From assembly GCA_028865305.1 (NCBI GenBank), contig JAGWKM010000002.1, positions 3,236 to 67,235 on the forward strand: a stretch of 64,000 bases of DNA. The letters run 5' to 3'. A program made the translations under genes and the position numbers. This document shows positions 52,765-61,130 of the stretch, in pieces. Source of the DNA: Patescibacteria group bacterium (GTDB lineage Bacteria; Patescibacteriota; Minisyncoccia; UBA6257; 2-01-FULL-56-20). Under the pieces are notes generated by a model that saw only the letters and a list, made by a program, of their open reading frames with translations, did not search any database and was not told the DNA's origin. Within the stretch, counting starts at the first letter, position 1. Every line of letters starts with the position of its first letter.

Positions 52765-53211
52765 ATGAAGGTCCGCGATGTCATGATCTCTCCGGTGATT
52801 ACCATAACGCCGGATACAACCTACGAGGAAGCTGCCCGGCTTCTCCACGCGAACCGGATCAGCGGCGTGCCGGTCGTGGATGCCGCTGGCAAGTTGGCCG
52901 GCATCGTTTCCGAGAAGGATCTTTTCCGCGCGATGTATCCCCTCTATGAAGAATATATCCTGGAACCGCACGCATACTATAACCAAGAACGGCAAGAAGA
53001 AGAGATTGAGGCCATCCGCAAGCAGCCGGTTGAAAAATTCATGAGCAAAGGCGTTGTCGTCATTTCTCCACATGAATCCATCCTCCACGCCGGGGGTTTG
53101 ATGCTCGCCCGCGGGCTCCATCGCCTGCCCGTTGTCGACGGCGGCCGACTCATCGGCATAGTCACGCGAGAGGATATTTATGGCACCATATTAAAGAAAC
53201 ATTTTGAATAA
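52765..53211 (+). CDS. CBS domain pair protein
   Basis: MKVRDVMISPVITI..., with a second CBS at VEKFMSKGVVVISP...HRLPVVD. Confidence 0.88.
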   Translation: MKVRDVMISPVITITPDTTYEEAARLLHANRISGVPVVDAAGKLAGIVSEKDLFRAMYPLYEEYILEPHAYYNQERQEEEIEAIRKQPVEKFMSKGVVVISPHESILHAGGLMLARGLHRLPVVDGGRLIGIVTREDIYGTILKKHFE

Positions 53212-53215
53212 AACC

Positions 53216-53596
53216 ATGCCCGAACATTTTCAAGAAATACCCGGCGTCCGCGGGCGCGAAGAATATGACGAGGCGGCCGAATTGCGCTTGGCCGCGGAAA
53301 AAGTGAAGCAGCTTGCCGTCCAGCACGAGTCCGATTGGGCTCATGCGAAAAATACCGCGGAATTCCTCGCGACAATTGCCGAATACCTATCCCGAATTGA
53401 GGAAATCGGCTATTTCGTCGATGTCGAATTCGACGGGCGGCCGTTTGAGGGTGCGGCCAAAATGGTTGAAATCCCCGGGAACATGAAGGTATTTTTTGAA
53501 AAAGAAGGGCAAAGAACCGACGTTTCGGATCATTTCCGCGATCGTGCCGAGGGGTTATTGGAAGCCGAAAGGGAAAAGCTCCCCAAAGCTGCTTGA
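53216..53596 (+). CDS. hypothetical protein (126 aa)
   Basis: ATG at 53216 within ORF 53204..53596. No family recognised. Confidence 0.5.
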   Translation: MPEHFQEIPGVRGREEYDEAAELRLAAEKVKQLAVQHESDWAHAKNTAEFLATIAEYLSRIEEIGYFVDVEFDGRPFEGAAKMVEIPGNMKVFFEKEGQRTDVSDHFRDRAEGLLEAEREKLPKAA

Positions 53597-53621
53597 TTTT
53601 TCTAGAATTTTATGTTATATT
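53593..53621 (+). promoter_or_regulatory. sigma70-like promoter upstream of tmRNA
   Basis: TTGATT-N17-TATATT, about 58 nt before the mature 5' end. Confidence 0.45.
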
Positions 53622-53679
53622 AACGACGGATCGAGCCGGCGGAAAAACTTTTTGTTTCCCACCTCTCGCCTCCCGATGC

Positions 53680-53987
53680 GGGGACGCATTGGCTTTGATA
53701 ACGATGGGCTGCGGGTTTGCGGGCCGAAGGCGCGGGCGTTACAGCGCATCCATTATAACTGGCAACTCTCGAGTTCCAGCTCCGAGCTTCGCTTTCGCCT
53801 AGCTTGGGATCGGCCAATCCGGGCTTCTTGGGTTGACGCCGGTCTTATACAAGGAAGCTAAGCTCTCCGCGACGATTCTGACGGAGAGACGAAAACTAAG
53901 AATCATTTTGCCTAACTCGTTTAGACTACGCCCGTAGAAGATCCGCGAGTCCCATCGTTACACGAGGTTTCGATACCTCCGTCTCCA
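53680..53987 (+). ncRNA. ssrA: tmRNA (SsrA)
   Basis: 5' GGGGACG pairs with 3' CGTCTCC-A, giving the G3-U70 alanine identity pair. T arm GAGG-TTTCGATA-CCTC. The internal tag frame 53761-53802 (GGC AAC TCT ... GCT TTC GCC TAG) encodes GNSRVPAPSFAFA*. CCA not encoded. Confidence 0.82.
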
Positions 53988-54151
53988 CTCGACGCGCCCT
54001 CCTTATGGAGGGCTTGCTCGTGGTAAACCACCTACCCGCTCGCAGAACAATCAATGAAATAACTCGCGCGTCGAGTGCCCTGAGCGAGTCTTCGAGTCGA
54101 AGGGCATATTTTTTAACGTTTATTTAATCTTTGTTTTATATAATCCCAATC

Positions 54152-54421
54152 ATGTACTTCGTTTACATGATCAAAAATGATTTCGACAAGCTTTACGTCG
54201 GCATTTCCGGCAACGCTAATAAGCGAGTTCACACCCACAGTTCGAATCGTGGTGCAAGATTTACAAAGGGCAAAGCAAAATTTCGATTAGTTTTTAAGGA
54301 AGAATACGAAACATTGGCGGAAGCCAGAAAACGTGAAATCCAAATCAAAAAGTGGCGGCGAGAGAAGAAAGAAATGCTAGTCGAGAAATATAGAAAAGGA
54401 TTGCCGACGAAAATGGAATAA
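54152..54421 (+). CDS. GIY-YIG nuclease superfamily protein (YhbQ/UPF0213-like)
   Basis: FVYMIKNDFDKLYVGISGNANKRVHTH...EARKREIQIKKWRREKK. TATAAT at 54139-54144 is only 7 nt from the ATG at 54152. Confidence 0.8.
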   Translation: MYFVYMIKNDFDKLYVGISGNANKRVHTHSSNRGARFTKGKAKFRLVFKEEYETLAEARKREIQIKKWRREKKEMLVEKYRKGLPTKME

Positions 54422-54575
54422 GCGACTATTTAGCAGTTGCGGTTTCGAATTCTCCTAAACGAGAGTCTATTCTGTATTTATCTGAACAATTTTGAGTTTT
54501 CCAAAATTCACCAAAATGGCAGAAATTGAGGTAGAGACGGACGGTTGGCAAACTTTTATTTGATATAGTTAAGGT
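54422..54575 (+). repeat. intergenic module E3 with IR-L box
   Basis: 54436-54490 is homologous to 11928-11982. GGACGGTTGGCAAACT at 54539-54554 matches 11056-11072. Confidence 0.8.
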
Positions 54576-55328
54576 ATGAACCGGAAAGGATTTGCACCGA
54601 TTGTTGTTCTGCTAATCATGGTGGGAATTTTAGTTGTCGGCGGTGTCGGCTACTATGCTTTTCGTAATAATGCGATTAAATCCGAAACATCTCAAGCAAC
54701 CATCAATTGGACCCAACAACCCTATGAGATTAAGCTGTTTCCGGGCACGGTGAAAGTGGTTGATCTGCATTTCATTACAAGCCACAACCTCTCGGCACCA
54801 TCGCTTTACATATCACCTTCCTTGTCTCGATATTTAACCTTCGCCAATATCGGTTCTGGTACGCTTTTCGGAAATGAGCAGGCGACGCTACGCGCGCGAT
54901 TTACAATTCCGGATTCGATACCGCCTGGTACTTATAGCGGGGCCGTTCAAATAAAAAATGGAGGTAGCGATATTGAACAACCATTGACAGTAACCATCCA
55001 CGTCGAAATCCCATCAAATAAAATTATCCCACAAGAAACTGCTTTTCCCTCTCCAGACCGCATCATGACTACGGCCGGAGGGGCAACTATGGTGAAAGAT
55101 GAAATTGATGTAATGCTTGCAGATAATACATCGAATCCCGACGAAACGATAAGAGCAATAGCAACTGCCACAAATGGTCTTATTATCGGCTCTGTCCCCA
55201 ACGGGCTTACTTATCAGCTAAAATACAACGTTTCAAATATTAACGACCTTCAACAAATTCAAGCTAAAATAAAAAGGATGTCACACGTAGAGGACGCTAT
55301 ATTTTCTGTGTTTGGCGGACTAAACTGA
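54576..55328 (+). CDS. hypothetical N-terminally anchored exported protein (copy 2 of duplicated gene)
   Basis: 250 aa, collinear with 11093..11845. Differences cluster in the first 65 residues or so, and long stretches are identical at the DNA level. Confidence 0.75.
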   Translation: MNRKGFAPIVVLLIMVGILVVGGVGYYAFRNNAIKSETSQATINWTQQPYEIKLFPGTVKVVDLHFITSHNLSAPSLYISPSLSRYLTFANIGSGTLFGNEQATLRARFTIPDSIPPGTYSGAVQIKNGGSDIEQPLTVTIHVEIPSNKIIPQETAFPSPDRIMTTAGGATMVKDEIDVMLADNTSNPDETIRAIATATNGLIIGSVPNGLTYQLKYNVSNINDLQQIQAKIKRMSHVEDAIFSVFGGLN

Positions 55329-55452
55329 ACTCATAGTGAAACTGTTTAATATAAAATATTCGTAAATTCATCGTACCAGAGTTTGCCAGTTGTCCGGAAC
55401 AACTCCGCTGTGTTTTTTGTATTAGTACAATCCTGGATTGTTTTGCAATAAA

Positions 55453-56022
55453 TCATTCCACCTCTCTCACGCGCTGCACGTCGGTTTTCCTTAAAAGTTC
55501 CGCCTGAAGCTCCTCCGCTAACTCTCGGTCGATCACCGGCAAAGTACCCTCAGATTCACCTTCCGGCTTCTGCTCGTCCTCGTGTCCCGCAGTGAGGATG
55601 ACCAAACGGCATACGCCGAGCATGCGGTCAGTAATATCCTGTTCAATGTCAACGTCTTGAATCTGGCGATAGGGAATGGCAATTTCTTCGCGGTTAAACA
55701 CGCCGCGGCGGATCTTCAGGGCGTCATCTTGAAGCGCATATTGATAATTGATATAGATCAACCAGGAAACGAAGATTGCGATAAGGAAGGTGATGAGGAA
55801 TATTCCGGAAGCGATCATCGCCGCCCACAGGCCATAGATTGCGAGATCGCCAAGGGGAGTTTTTGCCAAGAGATTCGCCTGATTTAAGCCGAACAATCCG
55901 GCGGCAACGACCAAAAAAACCATGGATGGCGCGATCCGGTCCAAAATAAACACCCAGAGCGTTTTCCGGCTAAGGCGGCGATAGGGAATATCAACCACTG
56001 CGCTTGCTTCGTCGATTGCCAT
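55453..56022 (-). CDS. bacterial PH-domain (bPH_2/DUF304, YdbS-like) membrane protein
   Basis: Two TM helices followed by YALQDDALKIRRGVFNREEIAIPYRQIQDVDIEQ. Confidence 0.8.
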   Translation of the reverse strand: MAIDEASAVVDIPYRRLSRKTLWVFILDRIAPSMVFLVVAAGLFGLNQANLLAKTPLGDLAIYGLWAAMIASGIFLITFLIAIFVSWLIYINYQYALQDDALKIRRGVFNREEIAIPYRQIQDVDIEQDITDRMLGVCRLVILTAGHEDEQKPEGESEGTLPVIDRELAEELQAELLRKTDVQRVREVE

Positions 56023-56113
56023 GTTTATATTCTATCATGAGCCCGACACGCCGGAGAGAATGCCCTGGTGGGAAAATAACCCCATGAAACACATACCGGC
56101 TTTCCGGCTGTTT

Positions 56114-56143
56114 TTGACGAAACTGGGTATTTTAACCTACAAT
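56114..56143 (+). promoter_or_regulatory. sigma70-like promoter of infC
   Basis: TTGACG-N18-TACAAT. A second overlapping TACAAT at 56143-56148 lies 8 nt from the GTG start. Confidence 0.45.
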
Positions 56144-56156
56144 ACAATCAATAAAA

Positions 56157-56663
56157 GTGCCTAAACCACGACTCAACCACCAAATAACCGCCCCCGAACT
56201 CCGCATCATTGGCGCCGACGGAGAAAACCTGGGCGTCATGAAGCGCACTGAGGCGCTCGCCTTAGCCACTCCGGAATCCGGCTTGGATTTAATCGAGGTT
56301 TCTCCGAACGCGAAGCCGCCCGTTGCACGGCTTATGAGTTACGATAAATTCCGCTACGAAGAAGCGAAGCGGGAAAAGACCGAGCGGAAGGCGCAAAAGA
56401 GCGCAGAGTTGAAGCACGTGCAGATTACGGTTCGGGCGGCGCAGAATGATTTATTGATCAAGGTGAAGCAGGTGGAAAAATTTTTCAAAGATGGCCATCC
56501 GATCGAAGTGAATCTTCGGCTGCGGGGGCGCGAGAAAAGAAATAAGGATTGGGCGATGCAGAAGTTGAATGAGTTCCTGCAAATGCTGCCGATGGAGTAT
56601 AAGAGGGTGAACGAACCGAGATTCGGCATGAACGGCCCGAGCGTGCAGATCGTCAAGAAATGA
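56157..56663 (+). CDS. infC: translation initiation factor IF-3 (GTG start)
   Basis: INHQITAPELRIIGADGENLGV, LDLIEVSPNAKPPVARLMSYDKFRYE. Confidence 0.93.
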   Translation: MPKPRLNHQITAPELRIIGADGENLGVMKRTEALALATPESGLDLIEVSPNAKPPVARLMSYDKFRYEEAKREKTERKAQKSAELKHVQITVRAAQNDLLIKVKQVEKFFKDGHPIEVNLRLRGREKRNKDWAMQKLNEFLQMLPMEYKRVNEPRFGMNGPSVQIVKK

Positions 56664-56880
56664 CCTGCGGCTCGGCGCGTTTTTATTGAATTAGAAAAAA
56701 TAAGGCGCATGCTTTGTCGGGCACGGCGTCGCATTGCTCCAGCGGCAACGCGCGCCTCCCTCTCGCCCCGCGCGCCGCCATCAGAATGGCGGACCGAGCC
56801 GCGCGGGGTTCCGAGAGTCCCCACAAAGCATGTGCCTTATTTTTTCTAATGTTCTTTTTGCGCCGAGCCGCAGGTCATTT
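56658..56880. repeat. 223-bp nested palindrome with GC-rich core between infC and rpmI
   Basis: Outer arms AAATGACCTGCGGCTCGGCGC (56658-56678, overlapping the infC stop) and GCGCCGAGCCGCAGGTCATTT (56860-56880), 21 bp perfect. Second stem 56695-56717/56823-56845. Core hairpin 56760-56817. Confidence 0.88.
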
Positions 56881-57044
56881 CGAGACGATACTTGCCTTAA
56901 ATTAAATTTAATTTACGAGGCTCTTACAGCCGACGGATATAACCACCCCTTATCACTTCCGCGTAGAACGTCTTTGAGTCATGTGCGTTCCGGAAAAATT
57001 AGGGGGAACGTATTCGAGCCGGCCTTTGGGAACTGGCTTTAAAT

Positions 57045-57073
57045 TTGCATAAAATTCGCCTTTATAGTACACT
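57045..57073 (+). promoter_or_regulatory. possible internal promoter for rpmI-rplT
   Basis: TTGCAT-N17-TACACT, 32 nt upstream of the rpmI ATG. Confidence 0.4.
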
Positions 57074-57105
57074 TACTCTGTTCAAAAACGGCTTGAATTA
57101 ATTCT

Positions 57106-57288
57106 ATGCCAACCTACATGTCTTCAAAAAGCTTACTGAAACGGATCCGCATCACGAAAAACGGCAAAATTGTCCGGCGCCCGATGGCGGTGGACCATTT
57201 CCGTACGCGCTCGACCGCGAAAAATATCCGCGGAAAGCGCAAAGGGCGGGGCTTGGAGTATCCGATGAAGAAGATATTGAATTATTGA
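57106..57288 (+). CDS. rpmI: 50S ribosomal protein L35
   Basis: 60 aa, basic. KSLLKRIRITKNGKIVRR pattern and position between infC and rplT. Confidence 0.85.
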   Translation: MPTYMSSKSLLKRIRITKNGKIVRRPMAVDHFRTRSTAKNIRGKRKGRGLEYPMKKILNY

Positions 57289-57301
57289 TTATTCGGAGCA
57301 T

Positions 57302-57357
57302 AGAGAATGGAAGTTGGAGAATTGAGTAATTCCCGCTTCCAGCTTCAACTCTCCAAT
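57302..57357. repeat. inverted heptad arrays between rpmI and rplT
   Basis: agagaat ggaagtt ggagaat tgagtaa | ttcccgc ttccagc ttcaact ctccaat. GTTGGAGAATTGA pairs with TCAACTCTCCAAT (11 of 13). Confidence 0.75.
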
Positions 57358-57367
57358 TTTTAACAAA

Positions 57368-57712
57368 ATGCCACGAGTCAAACGGGGAATCATCGCCCAT
57401 AAGCGGCGCGAAAAAGTTCTGAAATACACCAAGGGCTATTCTTGGGGGCGCAAATCGAAAGAGCGCGCCGCAAAAGAAGCCCTGCTCCATGCGTGGACGC
57501 ATGCTTTCCGCGGCCGCAAAGAAAAGAAGCGTGATTTTAGGGCGTTGTGGAATGTGAAAATCAATGCTGCGGTGCGCACCGAAGGCATGCCATATAACAA
57601 ACTGATTGCGGCGCTCAAGAAAAAAAATGTGGCACTGGACCGGAAAATATTAGCTGATCTCGCCGAACACGAGCCGGCAGTGTTCAAGAAAGTGGTTGAA
57701 TTCGTAAAGTAA
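57368..57712 (+). CDS. rplT: 50S ribosomal protein L20
   Basis: MPRVKRGIIAHKRREKVLKYTKGY...FRALWNVKINAA. Confidence 0.96.
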   Translation: MPRVKRGIIAHKRREKVLKYTKGYSWGRKSKERAAKEALLHAWTHAFRGRKEKKRDFRALWNVKINAAVRTEGMPYNKLIAALKKKNVALDRKILADLAEHEPAVFKKVVEFVK

Positions 57713-57719
57713 AACAAAT

Positions 57720-57776
57720 AAAACAAGGCATTTGAGCAGTAGTTGATCAAACTGCTTTCAAACGCCTTGTTTTATT
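57720..57776. terminator. bidirectional terminator (long hairpin flanked by A/T runs)
   Basis: AAAACAAGGCATTTGA GCAGT-loop-ACTGC TTTCAAACGCCTTGTTTT between convergent rplT and the NUDIX gene. Confidence 0.75.
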
Positions 57777-58289
57777 TTATTTTCGTTCGGGGCGCCGATG
57801 CGGTTGGTGCCGCTTGCGGCGCTCCAGCAGGAAATCGCTTGCTTGTTTTAAAACTTTCCGCGTGTCGCCGTATTTCTTGCCGATGATGTTTACCGCATCG
57901 CGGTGCAGGAACCAGCCAAAACCGCTGTGTTCGCGCGGATCGATGCGGATATCGGCCTTATGGGTTTCAGCAAGGAAGAGGATCACGGTGTCATAGATGC
58001 CCTCGTTGCCGATGCGAAAATAATAACGTTCGTAGGCGCGGAAGTTAGGGACAATCCGCAGCTCCGTTTTCTTAATTCCCGTTTCCTCCTCCAGCTCGCG
58101 CAGAGCCGTATCAATGCTCCGCTCGCCAGGTTCAAAGTGCCCCTTGGGGAAATTCCAATAATTTCCGCGCCGGTAGAGTAGGAGAAATTTGATCCCATCC
58201 GTCGTTTTCCGATAGACCACAAAACCGGCCACGACCTGTTTCTTGGTCGGCGGTTTTTCGTGGGTATGATTTTCACCTGGAGTAATCAT
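57777..58289 (-). CDS. NUDIX hydrolase
   Basis: NUDIX box GHFEPGERSIDTALRELEEETGI. Confidence 0.9.
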   Translation of the reverse strand: MITPGENHTHEKPPTKKQVVAGFVVYRKTTDGIKFLLLYRRGNYWNFPKGHFEPGERSIDTALRELEEETGIKKTELRIVPNFRAYERYYFRIGNEGIYDTVILFLAETHKADIRIDPREHSGFGWFLHRDAVNIIGKKYGDTRKVLKQASDFLLERRKRHQPHRRPERK

Positions 58290-58488
58290 TGGACATTTGG
58301 ATAATTTATGATATCATATGCACAGCAAATTGCAATGCAGGAGAAATGCCGTGTTTTTATCATCGCGAGTTGACTTTGAGGGGTGTGAAATTATCGATTT
58401 GCCCGCCGAGTTTTTATTTTAAAACCGGTCAAAATCGCCCCGGGAAAGATGGCTGATGCCCGATGATTTCAGCGAACAAAACGGACTC

Positions 58489-60168
58489 CTACCACTCAAG
58501 CTCTCCCGTCACGCTTTTCACTTCCTCCAGGGTTGTCTCGCCGAGGAGCGCTTTCAATATCCCGTCCTGCTGCATGGTGACCATGCCCTGATCTTTCGCC
58601 ACATTGCGCAAGGCGACTTCCGACGCCTCTTGCAAAATAACCTGCTCCAGTCCCGGCCCTCCCTCGAGAAACTCAAAAATGCCGATGCGCCCCCGGTAGC
58701 CGATGCCGCTGCATTTTTCACAGCCAACCGGGTCGAAAATCTTGAAATCCTTATATGGTCCGCGGTTCACCCTTTCTGGCAGTTTTTCCAAAAATTGCCC
58801 GATTTTTTTATTCAATTGGAGGTCGAGCGGCGCTTCCTTTTTGCAATCCGGGCAGAGCACGCGGACCAGACGCTGGGCGATCACGAGCGCGAGCGCCGGA
58901 CCAATGGAAACCGCTTTTACGCCGAGATTGATAAGCCGCGGCACCGCGCCCACGGCGTCGTTTGTGTGTAAAGTCGAAAAAACGAGGTGGCCGGTAAGCG
59001 CCGCCTGCATCGCAATGTCCGCGGTTTCGAGGTCGCGGATTTCACCGACAAGAATGACATCCGGATCCTGCCGCACGATCGCCCGCAGGCCGTTCGCAAA
59101 GGTATAACCAGCTTCCTCATCCACCTGAGTTTGCTCAATCCCCTCGATGCGGTATTCGATCGGATCCTCGAGCGTGATGATTTTGAGTGTTGGGTCGTTG
59201 ATGGTCCTCAGGAACGCGTAAAGCGTGGTTGTCTTACCGGAACCTGTCGGGCCGGTGTTTAAGATTGCGCCATTCGGCCGCTCAAGCTCCCGCTTCACGA
59301 GTTCCATGTTGTCCGGCCGCAAACCAAGCTGCTCCAAACCCACCATGGTCGCTTGCGGATCCAGGATCCTCATTACGATCGTTTCGCCGAACTCCGCCGG
59401 AATTACCGATACGCGCATTTCCACCTCGCGCCCCGCAAGATTGATCGTGAACCGGCCGTCCTGCGCTTCGTCGTGGACATTCAGCTTCATTCCCGCAAGC
59501 AGCTTGATGCGTGAAGCAAAATTTTCATAAAGCGGCCGGAGCGGCATATTATCAAACGCATCGTGTAGTAAACCATCAACGCGCAGCCGGATTTTCGCCA
59601 TTTTTTCACCTGCTTCCGTATGAATATCCGACGCGCGCACCGCAAGCGCACCGGCCAAAATAATCTGGATTACATCCACCGGCGATGTTTTGGCGAAGTT
59701 CAGGCCTTCAAATTCTTTTTTGATTGCCTCAAGCGTCGTGAGGCGCGCCTTTAATTCCTCGAGTCGGTTCTTTGATATCATCACGGTGCCGGTGATGTCC
59801 TCTGATTGCGGTTTGATGAATTTATAGAAATGAAATGCCGAATTCAGGCTGGAGGGCGAAACCACAAACACTTTTACCTGAAAGTGTTTCGACTCAAGGT
59901 CGCGGATCACTTTTTTGGTCGCCGGCAATTCTGGATTCACGGTAACAAGCGCCACCTCTTCCGCCCTCACCTGAATCACTGCCGCTTTTCCGTTCCGGGC
60001 ATCTTCCTCCGGCACCACCTTCACTGCGTCGAGGGAAACCGGCATCTTGGAAAGGTCGGCGTAGGGCAGGTTGAGTTTCTCTGCAAGGCGTTGAGCCGCA
60101 CGTTCTTCCCCATCCCGGCGGAGTTTCAGTAATTTTGCCTGTAAATCGGTGAGTGGCGTGTCGGGCAT
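58489..60168 (-). CDS. pilB: type IV pilus assembly / T2SS ATPase (PilB/GspE family)
   Basis: N-terminal T2SSE_N region, Walker A GPTGSGKTTTLYA, Asp/His boxes, and a C-terminal tetracysteine (CPDC...CEKC). Confidence 0.94.
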   Translation of the reverse strand: MPDTPLTDLQAKLLKLRRDGEERAAQRLAEKLNLPYADLSKMPVSLDAVKVVPEEDARNGKAAVIQVRAEEVALVTVNPELPATKKVIRDLESKHFQVKVFVVSPSSLNSAFHFYKFIKPQSEDITGTVMISKNRLEELKARLTTLEAIKKEFEGLNFAKTSPVDVIQIILAGALAVRASDIHTEAGEKMAKIRLRVDGLLHDAFDNMPLRPLYENFASRIKLLAGMKLNVHDEAQDGRFTINLAGREVEMRVSVIPAEFGETIVMRILDPQATMVGLEQLGLRPDNMELVKRELERPNGAILNTGPTGSGKTTTLYAFLRTINDPTLKIITLEDPIEYRIEGIEQTQVDEEAGYTFANGLRAIVRQDPDVILVGEIRDLETADIAMQAALTGHLVFSTLHTNDAVGAVPRLINLGVKAVSIGPALALVIAQRLVRVLCPDCKKEAPLDLQLNKKIGQFLEKLPERVNRGPYKDFKIFDPVGCEKCSGIGYRGRIGIFEFLEGGPGLEQVILQEASEVALRNVAKDQGMVTMQQDGILKALLGETTLEEVKSVTGELEW

Positions 60169-60271
60169 AAGATTATTGTATCATTCTTTCCGCGCTTACT
60201 TGACAAGTTAATATTATATGATGTATAATATAATCAGCAGTTGGCCATAAAATCCAGTTTTGAGGTGATTT

Positions 60272-60913
60272 ATGAAGAAGCTTCTTGCGTTGTTTTCGCT
60301 TTTGGCGGCGCCGCTTGCCGCCCAGAGCATTCTGACCTTTGGTCTTGGCCGATTTCCGGGGTCGGACGTAACCCTGGAAAACGATACTACCGATGCCGTT
60401 CTCCAGCTTATGGTGAACGGCAAAATGATCCGGGGGTATATGCCTTATGCCAGCACCCCGTGGCATGGCTTTTTCGGCCCAGGATTCGGCGACTTGGCCA
60501 TGAAGGTGTGGGCCTGTTCGTCGATCACGTCGACGACGGTCTATGCCGCCGGCATTCCGGACTGGGCGACTGATCCGACGATCGTAGGAGGGCTGGCTAT
60601 AACCGAAGGGTTCCTGGATAGCCAGCCTTCAGAACCTGTCCTCCACCGCCGGATCGAGGATTTGAAACGAACCCTCGACCAACAGAAGAGACTCGGCCGG
60701 AAGGATATGAAGAAAGATCTCGACTTCTGGTATAAGGGGGTTAAACGGGTCGGCCTAGTTCACGAGGAACCGGTCTGCGTGAACGCGAAGACGATCGAGA
60801 TTCGTACGCGGATCGCGTATGACACCTTCGATCGGCTTGCGGTGCCGATCCGGATCACTGGCGACCGAGAGCGCGGCTACCGCGTTGAAGGCCCAGTAGA
60901 CCATTGGTATTGA
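60272..60913 (+). CDS. hypothetical secreted protein
   Basis: Signal peptide MKKLLALFSLLAAPLAAQS. Two hairpins follow. Confidence 0.65.
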   Translation: MKKLLALFSLLAAPLAAQSILTFGLGRFPGSDVTLENDTTDAVLQLMVNGKMIRGYMPYASTPWHGFFGPGFGDLAMKVWACSSITSTTVYAAGIPDWATDPTIVGGLAITEGFLDSQPSEPVLHRRIEDLKRTLDQQKRLGRKDMKKDLDFWYKGVKRVGLVHEEPVCVNAKTIEIRTRIAYDTFDRLAVPIRITGDRERGYRVEGPVDHWY

Positions 60914-60948
60914 TTACCGGCGCCGGATGTCACGGACATCCGGCGCCA

Positions 60949-60988
60949 CCCCAGCTTGCGGCGTGTCCGCGGCTGGGGCTTTTTTTTA
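60949..60988 (+). terminator. rho-independent terminator (preceded by a 13-bp GC hairpin at 60919-60947)
   Basis: CCCCAGC...GCTGGGG followed by CTTTTTTTT. Confidence 0.75.
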
Positions 60989-61096
60989 TCCAGGGAAGCA
61001 GTATGATTGAGGAGAAAAATGCCCAATGGCTAACACCCAATGAACATCCGAGGGGTGGAAATTTCCGATATATTAAGCCATTTCTTCTATTTGTTG

Positions 61097-61124
61097 GGCA
61101 TTAGGTATTAGATATTAGATATTC
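61097..61124 (+). repeat. heptad array immediately upstream of the yebC-like gene
   Basis: ggcatta ggtatta gatatta gatattc, ending 6 nt before the ATG at 61131. Confidence 0.75.
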
Positions 61125-61130
61125 TCTCCC

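Noticed and set aside
54440-54456. Treating GGTTTCGA(A/T).. repeats as proven attR copies of the tmRNA 3' end
   Set aside because: Only 12 of about 16 positions match, and an 8-mer core is expected by chance once or twice in 64 kb. It is kept as a weak note inside the tmRNA-island finding, not as a feature.
56664-57105. ORFs 56714..56905 and 56734..57042 in the infC-rpmI spacer
   Set aside because: They run through the palindrome, so both strands give mirror ORFs. They are Arg/Ala/Pro-rich and have no start signals.
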